63,373 bases of DNA, filler included, from Deltaproteobacteria bacterium (GCA_016283195.1; 8 parts of 8 records of this genome joined end to end with filler, not necessarily neighbours in it), one strand, 5' to 3'. Shown: positions 1 to 8,455, numbered from the whole stretch's first letter. Notes: generated by a model from the letters alone, not told the origin. A program made the numbers and translations.

Positions 1-1
1 C

Positions 2-197
2 AGCCGCCAAATAGTAACCCATGAATTTCCGCCATTTTACGACCATGACTCGCGCACTCTCATATTAGGTTCTATTCCTTCACCAAAATCACGCGAGGTG
101 GGCTTTTATTACGGGCACCCGCAAAACCGCTTTTGGAAGGTGCTGCGCGGTTTCTATGGAAAAGTTGGTAGAGGCATATAAAGTGCTGGCTGAATAG
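2..197 (+). pseudogene. DNA-deoxyinosine glycosylase (UDG superfamily), internally deleted remnant, 5' end cut by the window edge
   Basis: Frame 2 reads SRQIVTHEFPPFYDHDSRTLILGSIPSPKSREVGFYYGHPQNRFWKVL (family N-terminal motifs) and stops at 179-181. Another frame from 144 reads CAVSMEKLVEAYKVLAE*, resembling the family C-terminus. The middle of the gene is absent. Confidence 0.8.
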
Positions 198-236
198 CCG
201 GGAGAGAATTTGCTGGGGTTAATTTGAGTAGAAGCC

Positions 237-572
237 TCAGTGGATTATTCTGTTTACATGATCTTTTAATTTATCACTAAATTCATCAAGATCGCTTATA
301 GTTATTGCACCTTCATTTATAAGAGAAACAATATTAAAAATCAGCTCTGAACACTTCATCGTGGCTATAACACCAGTTTTTCGCTTGTCATTTCTAATGC
401 GCTTCTCCAGTTCCCAAAACTTGTTTGAGGCCAACTCATCACTTTGTAATAACTGACAATAACTCTCACAAAGCCGCGCCATATAATTTTCCTGCCAGTT
501 AGGCATTTTTTTTCTAAAAAGCTTCCAATCACTCTCTTCAAATTCAGGATATGTTACTATCATCTTGTACAC
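237..572 (-). CDS. Conserved hypothetical small protein (ESDWKLFRKK...WQE...FWELEKRI type)
   Basis: 111-aa ORF with a GTG start after an AGGTGA-like RBS; downstream of the repeat-borne TGTGCTAAAAT promoter-like motif. Confidence 0.7.
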   Translation of the reverse strand: MYKMIVTYPEFEESDWKLFRKKMPNWQENYMARLCESYCQLLQSDELASNKFWELEKRIRNDKRKTGVIATMKCSELIFNIVSLINEGAITISDLDEFSDKLKDHVNRIIH

Positions 573-629
573 TCACCTACGCGCATAAGAATTATGTGTC
601 TGGTTAAGATGCAAAAAAACACGGGGAGT

Positions 630-1093
630 ATTTTAGCACACCTGGGGCCGGGCGACCAAGAGGCAAGATAGTAGAAATTGGTGAAGCTTAATGGCCTTTT
701 GTGGTACCTGCCTGCCGTGCCTCAACTTATATAGTTCAAATTTCGTTTCTGGCTTTTCTCCTGGGAGGAAAACCTCCGCTCACGGCTTCGCCTGCCGCTC
801 TTGTTTTTCCTCCCAGGCACCTACCTTTCCTCCGGCTCCGACTTAAGGGAATGCTTTCCCTTAAGAATCCTCGCAAGGGGCCCGTTTTCCATGCACTGGG
901 TAAAATACCTGCTTTGCCGTCAGACCGGCAAGTATGGCATGGGGGGGGAGGCGCAATTTGGGGGTCAGAACAATTGGCGCCCGCCGCAGGCGGCTCGCCC
1001 CATTTTTTAATTTCGCTACAGGGTACCCTGTATATTAGGTCCCCCCAAGACCTAACGAATTTTTTCCGTGCCTATTGGCACAAGGAGCGCAGT
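630..1093. repeat. Modular intergenic repeat, family A, copy 1
   Basis: Shares blocks with 2597-2940, 24270-24510 (rc) and 27322-27510 (rc). Contains palindromes CCTGGGAGGAAAA..TTTTCCTCCCAGG, TTAAGGGAATGCTTTCCCTTAA (843-864), the CGCCCGCCGCAGGCGG core and TACAGGGTACCCTGTA (1017-1032). Confidence 0.9.
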
Positions 1094-1640
1094 ATGAAAA
1101 ATGGTTATCTATTAGTCTCAATCTTCTTAACTCTCGCCCTCACGGCCTGCGGCGCCGGTGAGCAAGGTCCACAGGGGCCAGAGGGCAAACAGGGCCCAAA
1201 AGGTTTCAAAGGCGATGCAGGGAGTGACGGCCAGCCAGGTTAACTGTCTCGCCAACACGAGTGAAGATACCAACTTTGTTGATACTTACGGCTGTCTCTA
1301 CACCTTTGCAGATGCGCAAAAAGTTTGCCCAGCCGGTTGGCATTTACCAACTCAGGCGGACTTTAATGCACTTCTCGCTTATGTTGGTTCCAATGATTTA
1401 ATGAAGTCCCAAAACTTACGGGCCACCAGTTGGGGCGGTTTAGATAGTTATGGTTTTGCAGCACTACCGGCTGGCTTCTACTCTGACAGTTACAACAATT
1501 TGGGGACATACACCTTTTTCTGGACAAGCGAAGAAAAGAATAATACCACCTCATTCCGCCTTAATGTAGATAGCAGCAAGGCTATAATGGCCAGCCATAA
1601 CAAGACATACGGTGGTTCCGTCCGCTGTCTAAAGGACTAA
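1094..1640 (+). pseudogene. Collagen-repeat/FISUMP lipoprotein with an internal deletion and frameshift
   Basis: AAGGAG RBS and ATG at 1094, lipobox LTAC, then GXX triplets to a stop at 1241-1243. A partial FISUMP domain (YGCLYTFADAQKVCPAGWHLPT...SVRCLKD) continues in another frame. Intact paralog at 26356-27321. Confidence 0.85.
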
Positions 1641-1646
1641 GCAGCA

Positions 1647-1705
1647 CAAATAAATACACCACACAGCTTTCGCCGTGTGATGCATTACCTCCCAAGCGCT
1701 TATCT
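1647..1705. repeat. Hairpin repeat family B (TACACCACACRGC-TTTC-GCCGTGTG), copy 1
   Basis: Reverse-complement copies at about 26300-26348 and 61958-62007. Confidence 0.8.
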
Positions 1706-1791
1706 ATATCTTATCTTCTGTCCTACCGAATGGCGGAACCTTTAATATGATTTTTAGCTTTTGTGGGGAGTTTTTGGAGAAAATTATAAAC

Positions 1792-1996
1792 TTGAAGTCC
1801 CCGGTCCCAACCCTCGTTTTGCGGCAGTCAATGCATGGTAGATTTCAATTTCAAGTTAAAATCTTTATTTATACGCCTTAATTTATGCATCGCTATAACC
1901 ATAATAAGCGTCGTTATTTATATGAGGGTCAACTCTAACGCGCTCTTTTGTGACTGACGATTTTGTTGCATTCACCCTGCCTTAAAACTACTCCAA
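1792..1996 (-). ncRNA. Candidate structured ncRNA immediately downstream of the DIP1984-family gene
   Basis: Minus-strand pairings found by eye: outer stem 1990-1996 with 1792-1798; long stem 1967-1988 with 1816-1835; pseudoknot 1924-1931 with 1808-1815. No ORF in the region. Confidence 0.55.
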
Positions 1997-2001
1997 CAAG
2001 T

Positions 2002-2463
2002 TTATAAAAGCTCGGTGGCCCAGTTAAGGGCCTGAATAGTATTATCGGTAACTCTAAGTTCCCTGGACAAATTATCCATCCGTTTGCGGGTCTCCGCTAT
2101 GTCGATAACGGTCACTAGTTTAATTTCGCTGCCCCGGCTACGAAAATAATTAAAATTGGGGCTAGCGTTTTCAATAGCCTCTTTGTAAGCCGCTATTTGC
2201 ATATTCAAAACATCTTTTTTGGCAATCAGTTCGGCAATGGTTTTATTACCATCAGCTACTGTTGCATTATTAGTTTTATTGATGCGGCTAATAAGCTCTT
2301 CAAGGTGGCCTATCACCCTATCCAGTTCGCTAAATAATTCTTCCGGCTTCTCCGGCGGATTTTCACCCTCCTGCACCAAAACGCTGCTTTTTAGCCTTTC
2401 TTTCAGCCAGTTGATTTTCTTTTTTAAATCTGCCCTCTCTTGCAAAGCCTCTGCTAATTTCAT
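2002..2463 (-). CDS. DIP1984 family protein (helical, function unknown)
   Basis: MKLAEALQERADL...VQEGENPPEKPEEL...RSRGSEIKL...IQALNWATELL signature; GGAGGAG RBS before the ATG at 2463. Confidence 0.9.
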   Translation of the reverse strand: MKLAEALQERADLKKKINWLKERLKSSVLVQEGENPPEKPEELFSELDRVIGHLEELISRINKTNNATVADGNKTIAELIAKKDVLNMQIAAYKEAIENASPNFNYFRSRGSEIKLVTVIDIAETRKRMDNLSRELRVTDNTIQALNWATELL

Positions 2464-2596
2464 CTTTTCTCCTCCTCCGTACTGCTCACTATGAGCATCA
2501 ACAGTAGCCATTTTAAGTACCCGGACTATCAGAATACGATAGTGCAAATAACTTTTTTCACTTTTTTGCGATTTTTTTTGGGCAACGAGCCCTCGG

Positions 2597-2940
2597 GGCG
2601 ACCAAGCAACAATATATTGGTGAAACTTAATGGACTTTTTGGGTATTTGCCTGCCGTGCCTCACCCCCTAACCTCCTCTCCGTTTTGAACAAACAGAGAG
2701 GAGGAATTTTTGAATATACAAGGCTTTATTCTAAAATATTTTTTCCTCCGGCTCCGACTTAAGGGAATGCGTTTCCTTAAGAATCCTCGCAAGAGGCACG
2801 TTTTCCATGCATTGGGTAAAATTTCTGCTTTGCCGCTAGGCCGGCAAATAAGGCATAGGGGGGAGCGCAACTTGGGGGCTTAGTGGCGCCCGCCGCAGGC
2901 GGGCGATCGCGCTATTTTTGATCCGGGCGCAGCTAGGCAA
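2597..2940. repeat. Modular intergenic repeat, family A, copy 2
   Basis: Aligns with 650-1000; palindromes at 2759-2780 and 2887-2905; carries a different internal hairpin module (2661-2705) from copy 1. Confidence 0.9.
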
Positions 2941-2953
2941 TTATATTAGTATT

Positions 2954-3004
2954 ATTGTGTTAGCAATAATATTGTGTTAGCAATAATATTGTGTTAGCAA
3001 TAAT
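2954..3004. repeat. Tandem repeat, 3 x 17 bp (ATTGTGTTAGCAATAAT)
   Basis: Three exact units at 2954, 2971 and 2988, bracketed by the inverted repeat AGTATTATTG / CAATAATACT. Confidence 0.9.
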
Positions 3005-3063
3005 ACTCCTCTTGCAAGAGGAGCGAAATTTTACTAGCCCATATTTGTCCAAAGAGGTACCTA

Positions 3064-4626
3064 ATGCATATCACATACATCCCGTGGCTAAAGGTAGTCT
3101 TCACTACATTAATACTCTTTTCTACTTTACCGGCAGGGGCACAGGAATACGGCTCATTTACCGATAGCCGCGACGGCACCAGCTATAAAACTGTGCAAAT
3201 CGGCCGCGAAACATGGCTCGCCGAAAACATGAAATATGTGGCCGAAAAACTGAGCTGCAGCGTGGATATCCAGCATGGCGGCTCCATAAAGAACGACGGT
3301 TGCTTATACACTTGGGCCGATGCCCATAAAGTTTGCCCGGCCGGCTGGCATTTGCCCAGCAAAGTGGAATTTACCCGCCTTTTAATCAATGTTGGCCAGG
3401 GCAAAGAGGGCTCGGATAATCTTAGGGATAACAGCTGGGAAAACGGCGCCAACGGTTCCGGCTTTGGGGCCCGGCCGGCCGGATATGCCGAATCCGGCAA
3501 CTATTTTAAATTTGGGGCCGGCGCTTATTTCTGGTCCACCACGGAGTGTGACGGAGCTGATGCGGCCGCCGCTTCTCTTTCGCTCTTTGCCGGCAGTGTC
3601 ACCGCCCAAAAATGCCACAGCCGGGTGACCGAGATGCTTTCTGTCCGCTGTGTTAAAGACAGCGAGGGTAGCGCCCAGGCCACCTTTATTGATAAGCGTG
3701 ACGGCAGCAAATACAAGACGGTGGAAATCGCCGGGCGCACCTGGATGGCCGAAAATATGAAATATATCAGCGCGGCCCTGGATTACAAAATAACCAAGAG
3801 CCCCAAAGAATATGGCTACTTATATAACTTTGAAGATGCCAAAAAAGTTTGCCCGGCCGGCTGGGAACTACCCAGTAAAGTGGATTTTGACAAGCTGCTG
3901 AGCGTTACCGATAGAGGGCAAAAGGGCTCGGATAACCTCAGGGACAAGCTCTGGGAAAATGGCCAGAATGTCTCCGGCTTTGGCGCTCTGCCGGCCGGTT
4001 ACTGCGACAAGAGCGGCTGTGTGCCCTTTGATACGGCGGCCTATTTTTGGTCCAGCACCGAACGTGACAGTGGCCGCGGCTACGGCCTCTATGTGGATGT
4101 GGGCAAAGTCACGGTAAATAACGGCAAAAAGGGCAGCTATCTCTCGGTGCGCTGCGTTAAAAGCCCGGAAGGTGCCGGTGGGGAAGTAGCCGGCACGGAA
4201 GTAGCCGCGGGCCCAGCGGCTCCTGCTCCTGCCGGTACGCCCCCGGTTAAAGATGAGCCGGCCGCTTCCGGAGCGGGCAAGGGGCTACTTGCCGGCTCGC
4301 TCACTTTGGGCGTAGTGGGGGCCGGCGGCATTGGCACCGGCATTGGTTTTATGGTGGTGGCCGGTAAGCAGGAAAAGCGCCGCACTAACCCGGAAGTGCT
4401 CGATAGCATGCTCTATTTGGAAAATCTCGGCTCTAATGCCAAAAAGAACAAAATAGTGGGCGGCGTGGCTCTGGGTGTGGGGGGCGCGGCGCTGGTTACG
4501 GCGGTGGTATTAGGCGTTTGCCATGCCCGGGCCCAAAATGGCGGCAAAGCGGGGAAAAAACAGGTGGCTCTCTGGCCTAGTCTGGGCCAACATGAAAGCT
4601 CTTTGCATCTAGCGCTCAGCTTTTAG
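3064..4626 (+). CDS. Secreted protein with two FISUMP domains and a C-terminal glycine-rich membrane anchor
   Basis: Signal peptide; two copies of FxDxRDG..YKTV.I....W.AENM...CPAGW.LP...SVRCVK; Pro/Ala linker; two Gly-rich hydrophobic segments; ends in F. Confidence 0.9.
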   Translation: MHITYIPWLKVVFTTLILFSTLPAGAQEYGSFTDSRDGTSYKTVQIGRETWLAENMKYVAEKLSCSVDIQHGGSIKNDGCLYTWADAHKVCPAGWHLPSKVEFTRLLINVGQGKEGSDNLRDNSWENGANGSGFGARPAGYAESGNYFKFGAGAYFWSTTECDGADAAAASLSLFAGSVTAQKCHSRVTEMLSVRCVKDSEGSAQATFIDKRDGSKYKTVEIAGRTWMAENMKYISAALDYKITKSPKEYGYLYNFEDAKKVCPAGWELPSKVDFDKLLSVTDRGQKGSDNLRDKLWENGQNVSGFGALPAGYCDKSGCVPFDTAAYFWSSTERDSGRGYGLYVDVGKVTVNNGKKGSYLSVRCVKSPEGAGGEVAGTEVAAGPAAPAPAGTPPVKDEPAASGAGKGLLAGSLTLGVVGAGGIGTGIGFMVVAGKQEKRRTNPEVLDSMLYLENLGSNAKKNKIVGGVALGVGGAALVTAVVLGVCHARAQNGGKAGKKQVALWPSLGQHESSLHLALSF

Positions 4627-4632
4627 GAGATT

Positions 4633-6051
4633 ATGATGAAATACATGAAATTATTGCTTTTGCTCTCATCTTTTAGCCTCCTTTCCTGCGGCTTTGATTT
4701 GCTTAACCAGCACCCGGATGCCAAATATGAAGAGCAAAAAGGCGAAAAGTTGCCCAAAGATTTAAAAGGAGGCCTGGCTTGCAGCGCCGATGGCAAATGC
4801 CCCAGCGGTTATGACTGTGTAAAAGCCGCCTATTACCCCAATGGCAAATGTGTAAAATGCGAAAATGAGCTCATGACCGGCGAAAACTGCGACCAGTGCA
4901 AAAACGGCAAGAACGGCCCCAATTGCGATTCGGAAATAACTACCAAACCCAGCGACAGACCGCAAGTTTGCGATAATCCCCACAAAACCGGCGAAAACTG
5001 CGAGAAGTGTGCAGATGGCTGGATCGGCAAAGATTGCAATATAGAGATCACATGCCTGCATGGCGTTGTAAACTCCACTACCGGCCATTGTGAGGAAGGC
5101 AGTTGTGCAAAAGGCTGGACGGGCGAAGACTGCAACATGTGTGCAGCGGGCTTTACCGGCGAAAACTGCGTATCTGACCAATGCAACAACCATGGTACCT
5201 TTAATACCCAAACCGGCAAATGCGACTGTGACACTAACTGGGACGGCGAAAACTGCAACAAGTGTAAACCAGGCCATGGCGGTACAGAATGCAATACGCA
5301 TTGTGTGAACCCGAGGATGACCGGCGAAAACTGCAATGAATGTCCAGATGCAAACATGACCGGCGACAAGTGCGATCAACCTATCACATGCAATGTTGAC
5401 CACGGTGAGCTGGATACCAGCACCGGCAAGTGCAGCGAGTGTAAAGAAGGCTGGAGCGGTGATGATTGCAAAGAGTGTGATCATTCTTTAGGCTATGGTG
5501 CCGAGTGTAAAGCTTACGGAAGTGTTGCTGATTTGGATGGTAATAAATATAAGACTACCATTATTGGTAAACTGGAATGGATGGCTGAAAATATAGCTGC
5601 TACTACCGGCAACGATGGCAGCTCTCTCACCTGCTATGCCAACAATAATGTTTCTGTCTTTATAACTACTTATGGCTGCCTTTATACTTGGGAAGATGCC
5701 ATGAAAGTGTGTCCAAGTGGTTGGCATTTACCGTTGACAGCAGAGTTTAACGCACTTTTAGATTATGTGCGCCCTGACTCTGACAGTGATTCCACAATGT
5801 CTAGGAACTTACGTGCCAGTAGTTGGGCGAGCGGTGCCGATAAATATGGCTTTGGCGCCCTGCCCGCTGGCCTCTACAACGATGACTACAACGATTTAGG
5901 TCAACAAGCCAACTTCTGGTCGGCCACGGATAACGATGACGATACCTTCGCCGACGGCCTGTACTTGCGTGATGAAAATGTGGCTGGGTTCAACACCAAC
6001 AAGGTTATCGCCTTCTCCGTGCGTTGCGTAAGAGACGCTACTAACCACTAA
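4633..6051 (+). CDS. Lipoprotein with EGF/laminin-like Cys-rich repeats and a C-terminal FISUMP domain
   Basis: Lipobox LLSC; repeated C..GWxGE.C units; FISUMP motifs YKTTIIG..EWMAEN, YGCLYTW, CPSGWHLP, FSVRCVRD. Confidence 0.9.
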   Translation: MMKYMKLLLLLSSFSLLSCGFDLLNQHPDAKYEEQKGEKLPKDLKGGLACSADGKCPSGYDCVKAAYYPNGKCVKCENELMTGENCDQCKNGKNGPNCDSEITTKPSDRPQVCDNPHKTGENCEKCADGWIGKDCNIEITCLHGVVNSTTGHCEEGSCAKGWTGEDCNMCAAGFTGENCVSDQCNNHGTFNTQTGKCDCDTNWDGENCNKCKPGHGGTECNTHCVNPRMTGENCNECPDANMTGDKCDQPITCNVDHGELDTSTGKCSECKEGWSGDDCKECDHSLGYGAECKAYGSVADLDGNKYKTTIIGKLEWMAENIAATTGNDGSSLTCYANNNVSVFITTYGCLYTWEDAMKVCPSGWHLPLTAEFNALLDYVRPDSDSDSTMSRNLRASSWASGADKYGFGALPAGLYNDDYNDLGQQANFWSATDNDDDTFADGLYLRDENVAGFNTNKVIAFSVRCVRDATNH

Positions 6052-6080
6052 AAACCGCCGCCTACCTCACCGCCTGCGGC

Positions 6081-6128
6081 GCCCTCACCCCCTGGCCCCC
6101 TCTCCATTTTCACAAATGGCGAGGGGGA
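6081..6128. repeat. REP-like palindrome family C (CCCTCACCCCC..CCCCCTCTCC..GAGGGGG)
   Basis: Related copies at 2661-2705, 7199-7265 (rc), 23807-23878 and 45463-45543 (rc). Confidence 0.75.
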
Positions 6129-6153
6129 ATATTGTGTAATTTCATATTGTTAT

Positions 6154-6440
6154 GCTACCGAACCCGGGCCGGGCGGCAGCTCCGGCTAAGCCAGAGGCAG
6201 GCTAGCCATATCCGGTCTCAAGTGGGGCCTCTGGCTTTTAAGGCAAATATACAGAGAATGATTTTGTAACATGCCATAAATAAAGCCATTTTTTATTGAA
6301 TGCTCGGGGGTCCGGGGTGTCCCCGGCCGGGCGGAGGAAAGGGGATTGGGGAAAACCTGAGCGCTTCGGAAGTAGCGGAGGTTTTCCCCAAAAAAAGAAA
6401 AGAAGAAGAAAATCAAGAACAAGAATCGGGTAGAAACGGG
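6154..6440. repeat. Left direct-repeat blocks flanking the DUF2442 gene
   Basis: GCTACCGA.CCCGGGCCGGG...CCGGCTAAGCCAGAG (6154-6197) and AAGTAGCGGAGGTTTTCCCCAAAAAAAGAAAA (6370-6401) recur at 6962-7085. Confidence 0.8.
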
Positions 6441-6533
6441 CTGGCGGCAGCCACTCGGACCTCTCCTCCTAAGTTGCTGAATTTTTACGAAAATCGCCCC
6501 TCTGCCTGCGGCTTAGTTCAGGCATTTGTTCAC

Positions 6534-6836
6534 CTAAATATAAAGTTCTTTCGAGTACTTATAGCTCTCTGCATACAGAGTTTCCGGGGCAATATCAATT
6601 GCGCCTTCCATCCAAGAGACAAAACCATACGTTACTTTTGCTGTACGGCGATTTGCTTCCTCAGCCAGCGGCGCAAAGGCACTCCCCTTATCCAGCAATG
6701 TTGTAACATCAAAAAGACGGGTTTCACCTGTTGAGAAGGTGATAAGCATCATACCATCATCGAGTATTTGTATTGCACTAACTTCAATCTGCGGAATAAG
6801 CTCCCCGGCATAGCAGATGCCATCTTTCACATACAT
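6534..6836 (-). CDS. DUF2442 domain protein (putative antitoxin), orphan
   Basis: LITFSTGETRLFDV...W..G.IDIAPETLY motif; GGAGG RBS; homologous to 27924-28172. Confidence 0.85.
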   Translation of the reverse strand: MYVKDGICYAGELIPQIEVSAIQILDDGMMLITFSTGETRLFDVTTLLDKGSAFAPLAEEANRRTAKVTYGFVSWMEGAIDIAPETLYAESYKYSKELYI

Positions 6837-6961
6837 GGCCAACCTCCAACCGCAATATTATACGGTACCTTCTGGCAAAAATCACCTTAAAACAGGCCAC
6901 CATTAAGTAGAGGCATAAGATTTCCCCCCTACTTGTTGAATATATTTGAATTTATTAAATG

Positions 6962-7085
6962 GCTACCGAGCCCGGGCCGGGGCGCGAGCCCCGGCTAAGC
7001 CAGAGCAAACGAAAGTAGCGGAGGTTTTCCCCAAAAAAAGAAAAAAGTAGAATAAAATCAAGTAAAAAAGTCGAACAAAACGGGC
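6962..7085. repeat. Right direct-repeat blocks flanking the DUF2442 gene
   Basis: Fused copy of the 6154-6197 and 6370-6440 blocks. Confidence 0.8.
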
Positions 7086-7198
7086 CTGCAGTTAAGCAAA
7101 AAGAGCCTGGTACCATAAACCAGCCTCTCAACTACCCAGGCTTGCCGCTAAATTAGCCAGTCTGCCCACTTCAAATACACCATGCCACGTTTTGGAAT

Positions 7199-7275
7199 CC
7201 CTCTCTATTTGTAAAAATGGAGAGGGAAATTTCCAATAATTACCACTGATTGAGAGGGTGAGGGCGCCGCAGGCG
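7199..7275. repeat. Family C repeat (rc) at the islet edge before queD
   Basis: Near-identical inverted copy of 23807-23878. Confidence 0.8.
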
Positions 7276-7507
7276 GCGTGACGACATTTTTCAAAAAGGT
7301 ATGAGTAATAATCAGAAAAGATTTTTGCCCATTCCCCTCCCCCAAAATAGGGACTTCCCATTTTAAACACGGTGATTATCTTAAGCCAAGCGATGCTGGA
7401 TAATATGGCCTTAAAAGCGGGCCAGCCAGGCGCTTTATTGGCCTAACAAGCCTAGTGAACCCTTGGTGTAACGTAGGCTCTACCGGCCGCATTTACAGGA
7501 GAAACCG

Positions 7508-7894
7508 GTGTATTTTAAAGATTTTTCTTATTTTGTTACACGTGAAACATCTTTCAGCGCGGCGCACCTTTTGCGCGGCTATAACGGCGAATGTAGCCAT
7601 CTCCATGGCCACAACTGGAAGGTGCAGGTGACAGTAAAAGCCAGTAATCTCGATGAGCTCGGCATGGTGATTGATTTTAAGGTGCTCGATAAAGAGATAA
7701 AAGCGGTGGCCGAAGAGTTAGATCACCACTTTATCAACGAGGTAGCGCCTTTTGACAACATAAATCCCACATCGGAAAACCTGGCCGCTTTTATTTTTAA
7801 AGAACTCTCCGCACGGATTGATAATGAACGCCTGGCGGTTTTTGAAGTAAAAGTGTGGGAGACAGAAAAGTCCTGCGCCACGGTAAGAAGATAA
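7508..7894 (+). CDS. queD: 6-carboxytetrahydropterin synthase
   Basis: FSAAH.L..Y.G.C..LHGHNW, GMVIDF, NPTSEN, VWET motifs. Confidence 0.95.
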   Translation: MYFKDFSYFVTRETSFSAAHLLRGYNGECSHLHGHNWKVQVTVKASNLDELGMVIDFKVLDKEIKAVAEELDHHFINEVAPFDNINPTSENLAAFIFKELSARIDNERLAVFEVKVWETEKSCATVRR

Positions 7895-7906
7895 GACGAG
7901 GTAAAT

Positions 7907-8455
7907 ATGGAACCAATTTACGGAACAACAATTTTAGCAGTGCGCCGCGGCCAAGAGGTCGTGGTCATCGGCGATGGCCAGGTAACTCAGGGTAATACAG
8001 TAATGAAAGGCACAGCCAAAAAGGTGCGCCGCCTCTATCACGACAAAGTGATTACCGGTTTTGCCGGCTCCACCGCCGATGCCTTTACCCTCTTTGAGCG
8101 CTTCGACGCTAAGTTAAAGGATTTTAACGGCAATTTACAAAAAGCTGCCGTGGAACTGGCCAAAGACTGGCGCACCGATAAATCCCTGCGCCAACTGGAA
8201 GCTATGCTTTTGGTGGTGGATAAAGAGCATGGCTATATTATCTCCGGCAACGGCGATGTTATTGAGCCGGAGGGCGGTATTATGGGCATCGGCAGCGGTA
8301 GTCCATTTGCTATCGCCGCTTCGCGGGCGCTCATGGCCAAAACTGAGCTCTCAGCCCGCGAAATAGCGGAAACAGCCATGAATATCGCAGCTGAAATGTG
8401 CATTTATACCAATAAAGAATTTACCATCGAAGAAATAAATGGCGGAGATAACTAA
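7907..8455 (+). CDS. hslV: ATP-dependent protease peptidase subunit
   Basis: [34 protein letters not shown] motifs. Confidence 0.97.
   Translation: MEPIYGTTILAVRRGQEVVVIGDGQVTQGNTVMKGTAKKVRRLYHDKVITGFAGSTADAFTLFERFDAKLKDFNGNLQKAAVELAKDWRTDKSLRQLEAMLLVVDKEHGYIISGNGDVIEPEGGIMGIGSGSPFAIAASRALMAKTELSAREIAETAMNIAAEMCIYTNKEFTIEEINGGDN

Noticed and set aside
701-1093. Long N-terminal extensions of ORFs 701-1243, 2002-2664, 23992-24462 and 24254-24769, and ORFs 801-1010 and 2661-2870
   Set aside because: These are translations of non-coding repeat A; where a true start is visible, it has a clear RBS further downstream.
2954-3004. Possible CRISPR array (also the ftsY and EKGM repeats)
   Set aside because: Units are directly adjacent with no unique spacers, and no cas genes are present.
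6186-6734. ORFs 6186-6422 and 6300-6734
   Set aside because: They overlap repeat blocks and the antisense strand of the DUF2442 gene, and show no protein motifs.
7380-7507. preQ1 riboswitch upstream of queD
   Set aside because: No recognisable preQ1 stem-loop with an A-rich tail.
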